This document shows, one piece after another, positions 29,605 to 39,015 of a stretch of DNA of 64,000 bases. Position numbers and translations under genes: made by a program. Source of the stretch: Verrucomicrobiota bacterium (GTDB taxonomy: Bacteria > Verrucomicrobiota > Verrucomicrobiia > Limisphaerales > UBA11358); NCBI GenBank assembly GCA_049517655.1, contig JBEKRQ010000004.1, positions 22,838-86,837 of the forward strand, read 5' to 3'. The notes under the pieces were generated by a model, which worked only from the letters and a program-made list of their open reading frames with translations, searched no databases and was not told where the DNA came from. Every line of letters starts with the position of its first letter. Position 1 is the first letter of the stretch.

Positions 29605-29970
29605 TTTAGAATAATGCGCCGGTTTGTCGAGGCGGGAAGGGGCATATCAACCACGGATGGACACGGATAAAACTTGATGTTTTAGCCTGATTTAGGAAGC
29701 GGGTTGGCGGGCTTCCGGTTCATGGGTTTTGAATAGCCCGTTTGCGGGAAATTGGCAAGCGTGCTTTGTTACGGGGAGCACACGCGCCTCGCGTGTCATG
29801 TTCGACGCCCCCGTCGGACACATTTTCCCATCCGATGTTTCCAGCGTGGGCGCTGGGAACCGCACCCGAGGCGGGCGCGCTCCCCATCCTCCGCCGCTTT
29901 ATGATTTGCGATTTGCGCGCGGAATGACAAAATTCGCGTCAATCGTAATTCGTAAATCATAAATCGTAAC

Positions 29971-30786
29971 ATGTTTCGTCCGTGCATTGACCTGCATGAA
30001 GGCAAAGTGAAGCAAATCGTCGGCGGCACGCTTGGCGAGCCGTCCGCGTTGCGCACGAATTTTGTCTCCGACCATTCAGCCGCGTGGTTTGCCGAACTTT
30101 ACAAACGCGATGGCCTGACCGGCGGCCACGTCGTCATGCTTGGCCCCGGAAATGAAACTGAAGCGCGAGCGGCGCTCGCGGCATTTCCGGGCGGATTACA
30201 AATTGGCGGCGGCATCAACGCGCAAAACGCGAGCGGCTGGCTCGCCGCAGGCGCGTCGCATGTCATCATCACAAGCTGGGTTTTTCGTGAAGGCCGCGTG
30301 GATTGGGAACGGCTCGGCGAACTGGTCAAAACCGTTGGCAAAAACCGGCTGGTGCTCGACTTGAGTTGCCGCAAAGCCCTCACCCGGCGAGACGCCACCC
30401 TCTCCCCATCTGATGGGGCGAGGGGCGATTATTTCGTTGTCACCGACCGCTGGCAAAAATTCACGGAATTGACCATCGCGCCGGACACGTTGCAAAAGAT
30501 CGCCAAAAGCTGCGCGGAATTTTTGGTTCATGCGGTGGATGTGGAAGGTTTGTGCCGAGGCATTGACCGTGAACTGGTCGAGAAACTTGGCCGGTGGACG
30601 CCCATTCCGACGACCTACGCCGGCGGCGCCAATTCGTTAAGTGATTTGGAGGAAGTCACGCGGTTGGGGCGGGGGAAGATTGACCTGACCATCGGGTCGG
30701 CGCTGGACATTTTCGGCGGCAGCGGCGTTCGATACACGGATGCCATTGCGTTTAATCGACGAATGCGCCCTTTGGCGTCATCTTAA
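29971..30786 (+). CDS. hisA: ProFAR isomerase HisA, eukaryotic-type (His6-like)
   Basis: MFRPCIDLHEGKVKQIVGGTL, LQIGGGIN, LVLDLSCRK...VVTDRWQKFT, HAVDVEGLCRGID, TYAGGA. It contains an extra palindromic segment at about 30376-30427. Confidence 0.85.
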   Translation: MFRPCIDLHEGKVKQIVGGTLGEPSALRTNFVSDHSAAWFAELYKRDGLTGGHVVMLGPGNETEARAALAAFPGGLQIGGGINAQNASGWLAAGASHVIITSWVFREGRVDWERLGELVKTVGKNRLVLDLSCRKALTRRDATLSPSDGARGDYFVVTDRWQKFTELTIAPDTLQKIAKSCAEFLVHAVDVEGLCRGIDRELVEKLGRWTPIPTTYAGGANSLSDLEEVTRLGRGKIDLTIGSALDIFGGSGVRYTDAIAFNRRMRPLASS

Positions 30787-30788
30787 AA

Positions 30789-30842
30789 TCGGAGGGACGA
30801 GTTTGTTTTTAATTGAGGGACTCGCATAGCTCGCCCCTCCGA
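30789..30842. repeat. TCGGAGGGACGAG...CTCGCCCCTCCGA palindromic element
   Basis: Same family as 45138-45230. A half copy lies at about 9938-9965. Confidence 0.8.
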
Positions 30843-30847
30843 AGTTG

Positions 30848-31192
30848 TCATTTGACCGGCTCAATTTTTGTGGGCGTCAGCGTTTCCTTGCCATCCACCA
30901 TGGCCACGGTGCCGGTCACGGTCACTTTTTCCGAACTGCCACCACAAATAGGATCGTGCGCAGCTTTGCTCACGTCATTTTGTGTCAAATAATAATTCAC
31001 AGTTTTGCCGTCCTTTTCGACCTGGACAACGTTTTGGCAGGATTTGGTCTCGTGCAGCGCGCATTTGCCGCAGACCATCGCGCCGGTGATGGTGACTTCC
31101 TTGCTCGAAGCATCCGCAGCGAGCATGCGGGAGGTTGAAACCGCCAGCAAAAGGCCGGTGGCGACAGTGAGGAACAATACGGATTTTTTCAT
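30848..31192 (-). CDS. Small secreted cysteine-containing protein, hypothetical (DUF6370-like pattern)
   Basis: Signal peptide, then ITGAMVCGKCALHETKSCQNVVQVEKDGKTVNYYL..HDPICGG..VTVTG. Confidence 0.5.
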   Translation of the reverse strand: MKKSVLFLTVATGLLLAVSTSRMLAADASSKEVTITGAMVCGKCALHETKSCQNVVQVEKDGKTVNYYLTQNDVSKAAHDPICGGSSEKVTVTGTVAMVDGKETLTPTKIEPVK

Positions 31193-31267
31193 AGGTTATT
31201 TAGATTTTTTATTTTCAAGGTTAAGACAGCTTGACTCCAATTTAGTTCAAACAATAAATCCGTGGGA

Positions 31268-31753
31268 TTAATGCGCCTGCGGCTGTGAGGCAAACAGCTC
31301 GGCGACGACGATTTGAAATTCGGGAATCAATGCTTCTGTCAACATTTCGCTCCCGGCCAAAATGCCTTTGAGGGCCAGCCCCCACTCGGTGCTATGATAA
31401 ATCTCAACGTTGTCGTAACGGGGATCAATCATCCACAACCGCGGCACCCGGATGTCTTCGTAAACCTGCTTTTTGACGACCGTGTCGGCGTGATGGTCAT
31501 CGCGGCTGATAATTTCCACCGCGAGCCAGAGTTTGCCGGTGGATACCGTCACGAGCGCGAGGTCGGGGCAGATTGTAATTGAGTGTGAAACATGGATTTT
31601 TGTGCGTGGCGCCAGCAGTTGTGTGCTGGAAAGGTTGGAGACGCTGGCCATCAGCGCTGTGCGCAGGCGCTCGCAAATCATTTCATGGCGTTCGCCTGGC
31701 GCGGAGCGCGAAAGGAATTTACCGCCCAAAGTTTCTTCATACGGCCGGCTCAT
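31268..31753 (-). CDS. Uma2 (DUF820) family putative endonuclease
   Basis: ..ICPDLALV..LAVEIISRDD...KKQVYEDIRVPRLWMIDP.. matches the PD-(D/E)XK-like Uma2 pattern. Confidence 0.75.
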   Translation of the reverse strand: MSRPYEETLGGKFLSRSAPGERHEMICERLRTALMASVSNLSSTQLLAPRTKIHVSHSITICPDLALVTVSTGKLWLAVEIISRDDHHADTVVKKQVYEDIRVPRLWMIDPRYDNVEIYHSTEWGLALKGILAGSEMLTEALIPEFQIVVAELFASQPQAH

Positions 31754-31838
31754 TTGATTAAGTTTCAGGCCTCAAATCCCAAGTTTCAAGTTTTCATTTC
31801 AAGCCGTCAGCGCATGGCTTTTACCCGGCACTTGAAAC

Positions 31839-31866
31839 TTGACACCTGGCCTCCGGCAGCTAATCT
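31839..31866 (+). promoter_or_regulatory. Candidate sigma-70-type promoter of the rpsP operon
   Basis: TTGACA (31839-31844), a 16-nt spacer, TAATCT (31861-31866), located 22 nt before the rpsP ATG. Motif match only. Confidence 0.35.
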
Positions 31867-31887
31867 CCACGTTCTTTTAATAAATTT

Positions 31888-32139
31888 ATGGCAGTAAAAA
31901 TTCGAATGAAGCGCGTCGGAGCCAAGAACGCTCCATTTTTCCGCATTGTGGTCGCCGATGGCCGCAGTCCGCGCGATGGCAAGTTCATCGAGGAAATCGG
32001 CACGTATCAGCCATTGAAAAAAGGCGACAATTGCAAGATCGACCTCGACCGCGCCAAATACTGGATCAGCAAAGGCGCGCAGCCGAGCGAGACCGTCGCC
32101 AGCTTCATCAAAAGGGCGGGCAAAACAGCCGCCGCTTGA
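31888..32139 (+). CDS. rpsP: 30S ribosomal protein S16
   Basis: [42 protein letters not shown]. Confidence 0.95.
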   Translation: MAVKIRMKRVGAKNAPFFRIVVADGRSPRDGKFIEEIGTYQPLKKGDNCKIDLDRAKYWISKGAQPSETVASFIKRAGKTAAA

Positions 32140-32160
32140 TTTTTGTTTTTTTGACACATC

Positions 32161-32412
32161 ATGCAGGCGTTTTTGGAATATGTCGTAAAAGGGTTTGTGC
32201 AGCATCCCGACGCGGTGAGCGTCACGCCGGTGGAGCGGGGGGGCATGACGGTCTATGAACTGCGCCTGGATCCACAGGACATGGGTCAGGTGATTGGCCG
32301 GCAGGGCATGACAATCAATGCGATCCGGTCGTTGTTGCTGGCAGGCAGCGCCAAAAAAGGGATGCGTTGTTCGGTGGAAATTGTTGAAGGCAAAGACAAA
32401 CCGCCGGGTTGA
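32161..32412 (+). CDS. KH-domain RNA-binding protein (UPF0109 / YlqC-like)
   Basis: LRLDPQDMGQVIGRQGMTINAIRSLL contains the GxxG KH motif. Conserved position after rpsP. Confidence 0.85.
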   Translation: MQAFLEYVVKGFVQHPDAVSVTPVERGGMTVYELRLDPQDMGQVIGRQGMTINAIRSLLLAGSAKKGMRCSVEIVEGKDKPPG

Positions 32413-32438
32413 GTTGAAAATTTCAAGCACGTTTCAAA

Positions 32439-33107
32439 ATGAAAATCGACGTGCTCACCTTGTTCCCGGCGATGTTCGCTGGACCGCTCGACGAAAGCAT
32501 TGTCAAGCGGGCGCGTGAAACCGGTCTGTTGGACCTGAAAATCCACAACCTGCGCGACTGGACGCATGACCGGCATAAAACGGTGGATGACCGTCCTTTC
32601 GGCGGCGGGCCGGGGATGTTGCTGAAGCCCGAACCGCTCTTTGAAGCGATTGAAAGTTTGAAGCGCGAAAAAACGCGTGTGATTTTATTGTCGCCTGCCG
32701 GGCGGAAATTTAATCAGGTTATCGCGCATGAATTGGCACAGCAGGAAGATTTGCTGCTCGTTACCGGCCATTATGAAGGCTTTGACGAGCGCGTGCGGGA
32801 AAAACTCGCCGACGACGAGCTGTCCATCGGCGATTACGTGCTGACGAACGGCGCGTTGCCCGCGATGGTCGTGATCGACGCGGTTGTGCGGTTGCTGCCG
32901 GGGGCGCTGGGCGACGACGAGAGTTCGCACGATGAATCGTTCAATCACGGATTGCTGGAATATCCGCAATATACGCGGCCGGCGGAATTTCGCGGGATGA
33001 AAGTCCCGGACATTTTGGTTTCCGGCAACCACGCTGAAATTGAAAAATGGCGGCGCGAACAGGCAAAAGCGCGGACCAAAAAACGAAGACCGGATTTGCT
33101 GAAATAG
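32439..33107 (+). CDS. trmD: tRNA (guanine37-N1)-methyltransferase
   Basis: [57 protein letters not shown]. Confidence 0.95.
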   Translation: MKIDVLTLFPAMFAGPLDESIVKRARETGLLDLKIHNLRDWTHDRHKTVDDRPFGGGPGMLLKPEPLFEAIESLKREKTRVILLSPAGRKFNQVIAHELAQQEDLLLVTGHYEGFDERVREKLADDELSIGDYVLTNGALPAMVVIDAVVRLLPGALGDDESSHDESFNHGLLEYPQYTRPAEFRGMKVPDILVSGNHAEIEKWRREQAKARTKKRRPDLLK

Positions 33108-33175
33108 GTAGGGACGAGCCGCCGGCTCGTCCCGTGAATAAAAAGTTTCGGACGCGCGGGCCACGCGTCCCTACC
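33107..33175. repeat. GGTAGGGAC...GTCCCTACC palindromic element (two stem-loops)
   Basis: GGTAGGGACGAGCCGCCGGCTCGTCCC...GGACGCGCGGGCCACGCGTCCCTACC, located between trmD and rplS. Confidence 0.85.
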
Positions 33176-33192
33176 AAAGAAAGAAAAATTTT

Positions 33193-33573
33193 ATGAACCA
33201 GGCATTACAGGAAAAAATTGAGTCGGAACAGTATCGCAAGGACAAACCGGATTTTGCGGTGGGCGACAGCGTTCGTGTGCACACCAAGGTTGTCGAAGGC
33301 GACAAGGAACGCATCCAGATTTTCTCCGGCGTTGTGATTGGGCGTCGTGGTCACGGTCTGAACGAGACCTTTACCGTGCGTCGCATCAGCTACGGCGAAG
33401 GCGTCGAGCGCGTGTTTCCGCTGCACTCGCCGCGCGTGGACAAAATCGAAGTTGAACGCGAAGGTTCCGTGCGCCGTGCCAAACTCACCTACTTGCGCAA
33501 ACGCCTCGGCAAAGGCGCAACGCTGGTGAATGAAAAGCAGGAAAAAGCCGTTGCTGAAACCGCAACGAAGTAA
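33193..33573 (+). CDS. rplS: 50S ribosomal protein L19
   Basis: [61 protein letters not shown]. Confidence 0.95.
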   Translation: MNQALQEKIESEQYRKDKPDFAVGDSVRVHTKVVEGDKERIQIFSGVVIGRRGHGLNETFTVRRISYGEGVERVFPLHSPRVDKIEVEREGSVRRAKLTYLRKRLGKGATLVNEKQEKAVAETATK

Positions 33574-33660
33574 TTTCCGGTCGAATTTCACAAAGGCAGT
33601 GCAAAAACCCCGCCTTTTTCCGCTTGGGATATTCGAGGCAGCACCGGCGTCACAAGCAAG

Positions 33661-33763
33661 AAAGCGGCGGATAGCCGCCGCACTCCAAAACCTGTCGGTT
33701 ACTTCGACGATTTTCCCGCAACGCGCCAGCGTCTTGGACTGCGCCAGTCCTCTGGCGCTTTGG
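33661..33763. repeat. Inverted pair of the roughly 32-bp hairpin unit (second copy)
   Basis: AAAGCGGCGGATAGCCGCCGCACTCCAAAAC ... GTCTTGGACTGCGCCAGTCCTCTGGCGCTTTGG. Confidence 0.85.
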
Positions 33764-33775
33764 CATCACGAATCG

Positions 33776-34309
33776 CTATCTACTAATTTCACGCAATGCC
33801 ACCTTGTAAATTTCCAGCGCGCTTGCGCCGAAACAAACCAAAATCACCTTCTCGACCGACCGGTTCCGTTCCAGAAAACTTTTCGTCTCGCGAATGGCAA
33901 TCCGTGCCGCGCGTTCCATCGGAAAGCCATACGCGCCGGTGCTGATGCACGGAAACACCACGGTTTTGATTCCATGCTGTTCCACCAGCGCGAAGCAACT
34001 GCGATAACAACTCGCAAGCAATTCATCCTCGCTGTGGTTGCCGTCGCGCCAGACCGGGCCGACGGTGTGAATGACCCATTTGGCGGGGAGCTTGTAGCCG
34101 CACGTGATTTTGGCTTGGCCGGTGACGCAACCGCCGAGTGTGCGGCATTCCGCCAGCAACTCCGGTCCGGCGGCGCGATGAATGGCGCCGTCCACGCCAC
34201 CACCGCCGAGCAACGTTGTGTTGGCGGCATTCACTATCGCATCCACGCGCTGTTTCGTGATATCGCCGGCGATGACGGCAATGCGATTTGAAACCGGCCC
34301 GCTGGTCAT
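33776..34309 (-). CDS. Macro domain protein (O-acetyl-ADP-ribose deacetylase, YmdB-like)
   Basis: [52 protein letters not shown]. Confidence 0.85.
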   Translation of the reverse strand: MTSGPVSNRIAVIAGDITKQRVDAIVNAANTTLLGGGGVDGAIHRAAGPELLAECRTLGGCVTGQAKITCGYKLPAKWVIHTVGPVWRDGNHSEDELLASCYRSCFALVEQHGIKTVVFPCISTGAYGFPMERAARIAIRETKSFLERNRSVEKVILVCFGASALEIYKVALREISR

Positions 34310-34353
34310 AGGAAATTCTGAAGCGCAATCCGCCAGTCAAAATTGGATTCGGT

Positions 34354-35610
34354 TTATATACGCAAGGCTGTAACGACTTCAACTGGTCTGACCGTTTTTT
34401 CCTCACGTGTTTTCAGCTTGCGGACTTTCACGTTTGAATCATTTTCGAGTTTTGCCGTGAAAGTGGCCTTCAATTCCTGCGCGCGTTTGAATTGTTTATC
34501 CGGCTTGGCGGGCGTGAGCGGATATTCCACGGCAAATCCAGCGGTGCGTAAATCTTGAGCGAGTTTCAAGGATTGTGGTCGGGATTTTTCGTCTTCGATC
34601 AAAACAAAAACATCCACGTTCGCATCAAATTTCGGCAGCAGGCCTCGCGCTTTGAGCAATTCCAGCAGCACCACGTCGCCCATGCCGAAGCCGAGCGCAG
34701 GCAAATCCACTTTACCGCCGCTGATGACTTTGACGAGATTGTCGTAGCGTCCGCCGCCCGCAACGGCGCGGAATTCGCCTTTTACGTCAAAGGCTTCAAA
34801 AACGACGCCGGTGTAATAATCCAGCCCGCGAACGATATGATAATCCACCTTCACGAAGTCGCACAACCCGCGTGCGGTGAGATTTTGTAAAATGCTTTCC
34901 AGTTCAGCCGTCGGTTTGCCTGATTTGATGAATTGGTTCACGTCGGCGAGTGAGAAACCAAAAGCCTTGAGTTTCTTTTCGTTTTCCTCCAGCGACGTCC
35001 GTTCCAATTTGTCGATAGTTTGGAAGAATTCATATTCACTGAATGCCGGGGACGGCGACACGCCGTCCCTCCCACGTTTGTAAAATTCCTGCCAGGCGTT
35101 GCGGCTGCTCAAACGAATGACGAAATCCTGTTCGGTCAGGCCAAATGCGCGCAGCGTGTCGATGAGCAGCGCAATCAATTCCGCGTCCGCCGCCGGATTG
35201 GTTTCGCCGATAATGTCGGCGTTGAACTGGAAGTGTTCGCGCTGCCGGCCTTTTTGCTGGCGTTCGTAGCGGAAGAGTTGCGGGATGGCGAACCACTTGA
35301 TGGGTTTTTTGTAACTGCGTTCGTGCGCGGCGGCCATGCGGGCGAGCGTGGGTGTAATTTCAGGCCGGAGCGCCACAGCGCGTTCGCCTTTGTCGGTGAA
35401 GTTATAGAGTTGCCCGACGATTTCGTCGCCGCTTTTGGCGGTGAACAGTTCGAGCGGTTCGAGGGGCGGGCCGTCATATTCGCGGAAGCCGTAGCGGCGG
35501 GCGGTTTCACGCCATTTGCCGAAAATAAACTGGCGTGCGTCGGCGCTCCAGGCATCGGGATGCGGCAATGGCTCGGGATAGAAGTCGCGGAAACCTGGCA
35601 AACGTTCCAT
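34354..35610 (-). CDS. hisS: Histidine--tRNA ligase
   Basis: LPGFRDFYP, YNFTDKGERAVALRPEITP, QLFRYERQQKGRQREHFQFNADIIG, GGGRYDNL. Confidence 0.95.
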   Translation of the reverse strand: MERLPGFRDFYPEPLPHPDAWSADARQFIFGKWRETARRYGFREYDGPPLEPLELFTAKSGDEIVGQLYNFTDKGERAVALRPEITPTLARMAAAHERSYKKPIKWFAIPQLFRYERQQKGRQREHFQFNADIIGETNPAADAELIALLIDTLRAFGLTEQDFVIRLSSRNAWQEFYKRGRDGVSPSPAFSEYEFFQTIDKLERTSLEENEKKLKAFGFSLADVNQFIKSGKPTAELESILQNLTARGLCDFVKVDYHIVRGLDYYTGVVFEAFDVKGEFRAVAGGGRYDNLVKVISGGKVDLPALGFGMGDVVLLELLKARGLLPKFDANVDVFVLIEDEKSRPQSLKLAQDLRTAGFAVEYPLTPAKPDKQFKRAQELKATFTAKLENDSNVKVRKLKTREEKTVRPVEVVTALRI

Positions 35611-35716
35611 GCCAAAAAGGTAAGAGAAATTTTTAATTAGGAAAGCATGAAGGAAGGAACAAAAAATTCCTGTCTTCCTGACTTCATTATTTTCCGTGTC
35701 ACGCTTGCGGCGGCGT

Positions 35717-36016
35717 TCAGCCTTTGGGCGGGAGCTTGAGCACTTCCGCGCGCATTTCCTTGCCGGCCTTGAACTTCACGGTCGACCGCGCGGGAATTGG
35801 CACGTCGATTTCCGGTTTGTTCGGGTTGCGTCCCACGCGCGCCTTGCGGACTTTGACTTCAAAGACGCCGAAGTTGCGGAGCTCCACCTTGTCGCCCTTG
35901 GCGAGCGCCTCGGCGATGTAGTCGAGGTTTTTTTGCACCACGCTGAAGACCTGCTGCTGCCCAAGACCGGTCTCATTGCTGATGCGAATGACGAGGTCAC
36001 GTTTTGTCAGAGTCAT
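35717..36016 (-). CDS. HU/IHF family DNA-binding protein
   Basis: MTLTKRDLVIRISNETG.., VELRNFGVFEVKVRKARVGRNPNKPE..IPARSTVKFKAGKEM. Confidence 0.85.
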   Translation of the reverse strand: MTLTKRDLVIRISNETGLGQQQVFSVVQKNLDYIAEALAKGDKVELRNFGVFEVKVRKARVGRNPNKPEIDVPIPARSTVKFKAGKEMRAEVLKLPPKG

Positions 36017-36044
36017 AATTTTTCGTCGGGTTAAGTTGATTTAA

Positions 36045-36806
36045 TCATTGAACCACACGGATTGTCCAGAAATCACTGGCTAAATTTTCATCGGTCAAAT
36101 AGGCGTATGGCAGGGTGAAATAACCTTTCATACCCCATTGGTCGCCCCATGAATTGCGGATGATGAACCACTGTTTCGCATCGTCGTAGCCGATGGCCAT
36201 GACCGCGTGACCGCCAATGGCCCGTTCACCTGGATGCGGCAACGAAGCGTGGCCGGTCTGCGCCACTTGCGCGTCTTCAAAACTTTCGTAAACGGTGAAG
36301 CCAAAGACAAACGGATAACCCGAAGTGAGACAACCCTTGAGCTGGCTCAACATTTGCATCAAGCGCCGGTACGAAACGGCCTTGTATTTGAGCGCATCGG
36401 CATAGCACTTCCGCGGCGGTTTGGTTTTGAATTTTGCGATGACGTAGGGCCATTCGGTTTCCGGGCAGTCGCCCTGCCTGTTGACGCCTTTGATGCCGTC
36501 GCGGATTTGCGCGCCGCTGTCCGAATCCACTGTGTGTTCGATGACGCGCTCGTTGTAATAAATGAACAGGCGCGATGGCGTGAAGTCGGGCAGCTTTTGT
36601 TTCAGCCGGTCAAACTCGATGGCTGCTGCAATGGCATTGGCGGTGCAACTGCCGAGTTCTCCCTGGTCATAGACCGGCGGGCAACGCGGGCTCAAATCCA
36701 CCTTGGCGGGCAGCATGGCGAGCATTTCCACCGGCGCGGCGTAGAGATGGTCGCGATGATCCGGCAAATCGGGAAGCCAGCCGTAGCGGGAAATTTTGTA
36801 GTTCAC
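36045..36806 (-). CDS. Papain-like (C1 family) cysteine peptidase
   Basis: VYDQGELGSCTANA (catalytic Cys), GGHAVMAIGYDD (His), IIRNSWGDQWG (Asn/Trp). Confidence 0.85.
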   Translation of the reverse strand: MNYKISRYGWLPDLPDHRDHLYAAPVEMLAMLPAKVDLSPRCPPVYDQGELGSCTANAIAAAIEFDRLKQKLPDFTPSRLFIYYNERVIEHTVDSDSGAQIRDGIKGVNRQGDCPETEWPYVIAKFKTKPPRKCYADALKYKAVSYRRLMQMLSQLKGCLTSGYPFVFGFTVYESFEDAQVAQTGHASLPHPGERAIGGHAVMAIGYDDAKQWFIIRNSWGDQWGMKGYFTLPYAYLTDENLASDFWTIRVVQ

Positions 36807-36951
36807 AGGCTTGTTTCTTTTGGGGATTAATCGCTGATTCTCAACTATGGAAATTTGCCGGGCTTGTCCACCACAAAAATCCGGTTTTTTCCAGCCGCCG
36901 CATTCCGACTAAAAACTTTACAGCCTCACCCCGAGTCCGCAAAATATTGGC

Positions 36952-38979
36952 ATGTTGGGCAAGAGGGAATTGAGGATCCAGCCGACGCGGCCATCTTCGG
37001 CGACCCGGTCGCAAACGGATTTTGCGATGGGTCTGGAGACCGCAATTCTGCGGGCGCAGGAGAATTTGCTCGGCCTCCAGCGTCCGGAGGGTTACTGGAT
37101 CGGCGAATTGATGGTGGATTCCACACTGGTCTCCGACACGGTGGCATATCACCATTGGAACGGGAAGGTGGACGCCGAATGGCAGCGCAAGGCGGTCAAT
37201 CGCATCTTTTCAATGCAATTGCCGGACGGCGGATGGAATATTTATTACGGCGGCCCGGTGGAAGTCAGCGCCACCATCAAGGCCTACCTCGCGCTCAAGC
37301 TCGCCGGTGTGCCCGTCACCGACCCGCGGATGTTGCAGGCGCGCGAAGTCGCGTTGCATCTCGGCGGCGTGCCGCGCATGAACACCTTTTCCAAGTTGTA
37401 TCTGGCGCTGCTCGGACTTTATCCGTGGGAATATGTGCCGACGATTCCGTGCGAAGTGTTGCTGCTGGGCAAGTGGTTCCATGTGAATTTTTGGGACATG
37501 AGCAATTGGTCGCGCGCCATGCTCGTCCCGCTGGCCATCATCAATCATTTCAAACCGACGCACCCGGTGGAAGTGGATTTGGACGAGCTTTATCCCGAGG
37601 GCTTTCACGAACGCGATCTGGCGCTCGCGCCCGACCCGGATAGATTTTCGTGGCGGAATTTTTTCCTCTGGCTCGACCGCCTGCACAAATTCGCCGAGTG
37701 GTTTGCAGAACATAAAATTCATCCGTTCCGCAGGATGGCGCTGAAAAAATGCAAGGATTGGATGCTCGAACGCTTTGAAGGCTCGGATGGCCTCGGGGCG
37801 ATTTTTCCCGCGATGCTTAACTCGCTCATCGCGCTCCAGGCGCTCGGCTATCCCGACGATCATCCGCAAGTCGTCCGCGCGGCGCATGAGTTGAAAAAAC
37901 TTGAGCACGAAACCGCTGACAGCGTGCGCATCGAACCGTGTTTTTCGCCGGTTTGGGACACGGCGATTGCCGCCATCTGCCTGCGCGAGTCCGGCATTTC
38001 GGAAAATCATCCTTCGCTCAAAAAGGCCGCCGAGTGGCTGATGGAAAGGGAAATTCATTTTTGCGGCGACTGGCATCACAAAAACCCGGCAAAAGTCGAG
38101 CCGAGCGGCTGGGTCTTCGAGTTCAACAACAAATGGAACCCCGACGTGGACGACACCGTGATGGTGCTGCTGGCGTTGTGCAAAATTCCGACGAACAATC
38201 CAGCGAAACGCGATGAATGTTTCCAGCGCGGCCTCAAATGGATGCTGACGTTTCAGTGCAGGGACGGCGGCTGGGCTTCGTTCGACAGGGACTGCACGAA
38301 GAACATTCTGGAAAAGGTCCCTTTCGCCGATCACAACGCCATGCTCGACCCCGAATGCGCCGACATCACTACGCGCATTTTGGAATTGCTCGGTTATGAA
38401 GGCTGGAAAACCGACAACCCGCAGGTGCAGGAAGCGTTGCAATTCGTTCGTGAACATCAGGAACCCGACGGCTCGTGGTATGGCCGGTGGGGCGTGAATT
38501 ACATTTACGGCACGTGGCAGGTGTTGCGCGGCCTGCAGGCGCTGAACTACAACATGAAAGAACCATGGCTCATGCGCGCGCGCGGCTGGCTCGAAAGCGT
38601 CCAGCACGGAGACGGCGGCTGGGGCGAACGCTGCAACACTTATGATGACCCCGTTTTCAAAGGCCGCGGGCCAAGCACCGCGTCCCAAACCGCATGGGCT
38701 GTCATGGGCTTGTGTGCGTTTGACGACCCGGACAATTCGCATTTGAAACGCGGCATCGAGTATTTGATTCGCACGCAAAATCCCGATGGCTCGTGGGCGG
38801 AGAATGAAACAACCGGCACCGGTTTTCCGCAGGTTTTTTATTTGAAATACGACATCTATCGGAACACCTGGCCGCTGCTGGCGTTCGCCACGTATCGCAA
38901 AATCCTCGCCAACAAAGTGGATGGCCGGCTGCACCCAGGCATGGAAGCAGCGCCCGATGCCGTTCGTTCGAAGAGATGA
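36952..38979 (+). CDS. shc: Squalene-hopene cyclase
   Basis: QW/QxxxGxW repeats (QLPDGGWNIYYGG, QCRDGGWASF, QEPDGSWYGRWG, QNPDGSWAE) and the DxDD-type motif NPDVDDTVMVLLAL. An alternative start is possible at MGLETAI (about 37027). Confidence 0.9.
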   Translation: MLGKRELRIQPTRPSSATRSQTDFAMGLETAILRAQENLLGLQRPEGYWIGELMVDSTLVSDTVAYHHWNGKVDAEWQRKAVNRIFSMQLPDGGWNIYYGGPVEVSATIKAYLALKLAGVPVTDPRMLQAREVALHLGGVPRMNTFSKLYLALLGLYPWEYVPTIPCEVLLLGKWFHVNFWDMSNWSRAMLVPLAIINHFKPTHPVEVDLDELYPEGFHERDLALAPDPDRFSWRNFFLWLDRLHKFAEWFAEHKIHPFRRMALKKCKDWMLERFEGSDGLGAIFPAMLNSLIALQALGYPDDHPQVVRAAHELKKLEHETADSVRIEPCFSPVWDTAIAAICLRESGISENHPSLKKAAEWLMEREIHFCGDWHHKNPAKVEPSGWVFEFNNKWNPDVDDTVMVLLALCKIPTNNPAKRDECFQRGLKWMLTFQCRDGGWASFDRDCTKNILEKVPFADHNAMLDPECADITTRILELLGYEGWKTDNPQVQEALQFVREHQEPDGSWYGRWGVNYIYGTWQVLRGLQALNYNMKEPWLMRARGWLESVQHGDGGWGERCNTYDDPVFKGRGPSTASQTAWAVMGLCAFDDPDNSHLKRGIEYLIRTQNPDGSWAENETTGTGFPQVFYLKYDIYRNTWPLLAFATYRKILANKVDGRLHPGMEAAPDAVRSKR

Positions 38980-39015
38980 CAAACGCGCGTTTGGCTGAAG
39001 AATTGTTAAGTTGCC

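Noticed and set aside
29605-29760. A possible TPP riboswitch upstream of thiG (minus strand).
   Set aside because: Reading the reverse complement, I found no CUGAGA core and no pyrimidine-sensor helix pattern. The region instead holds the decamer motif CACGGATGGACACGGATAAA and REP-like GC hairpins.
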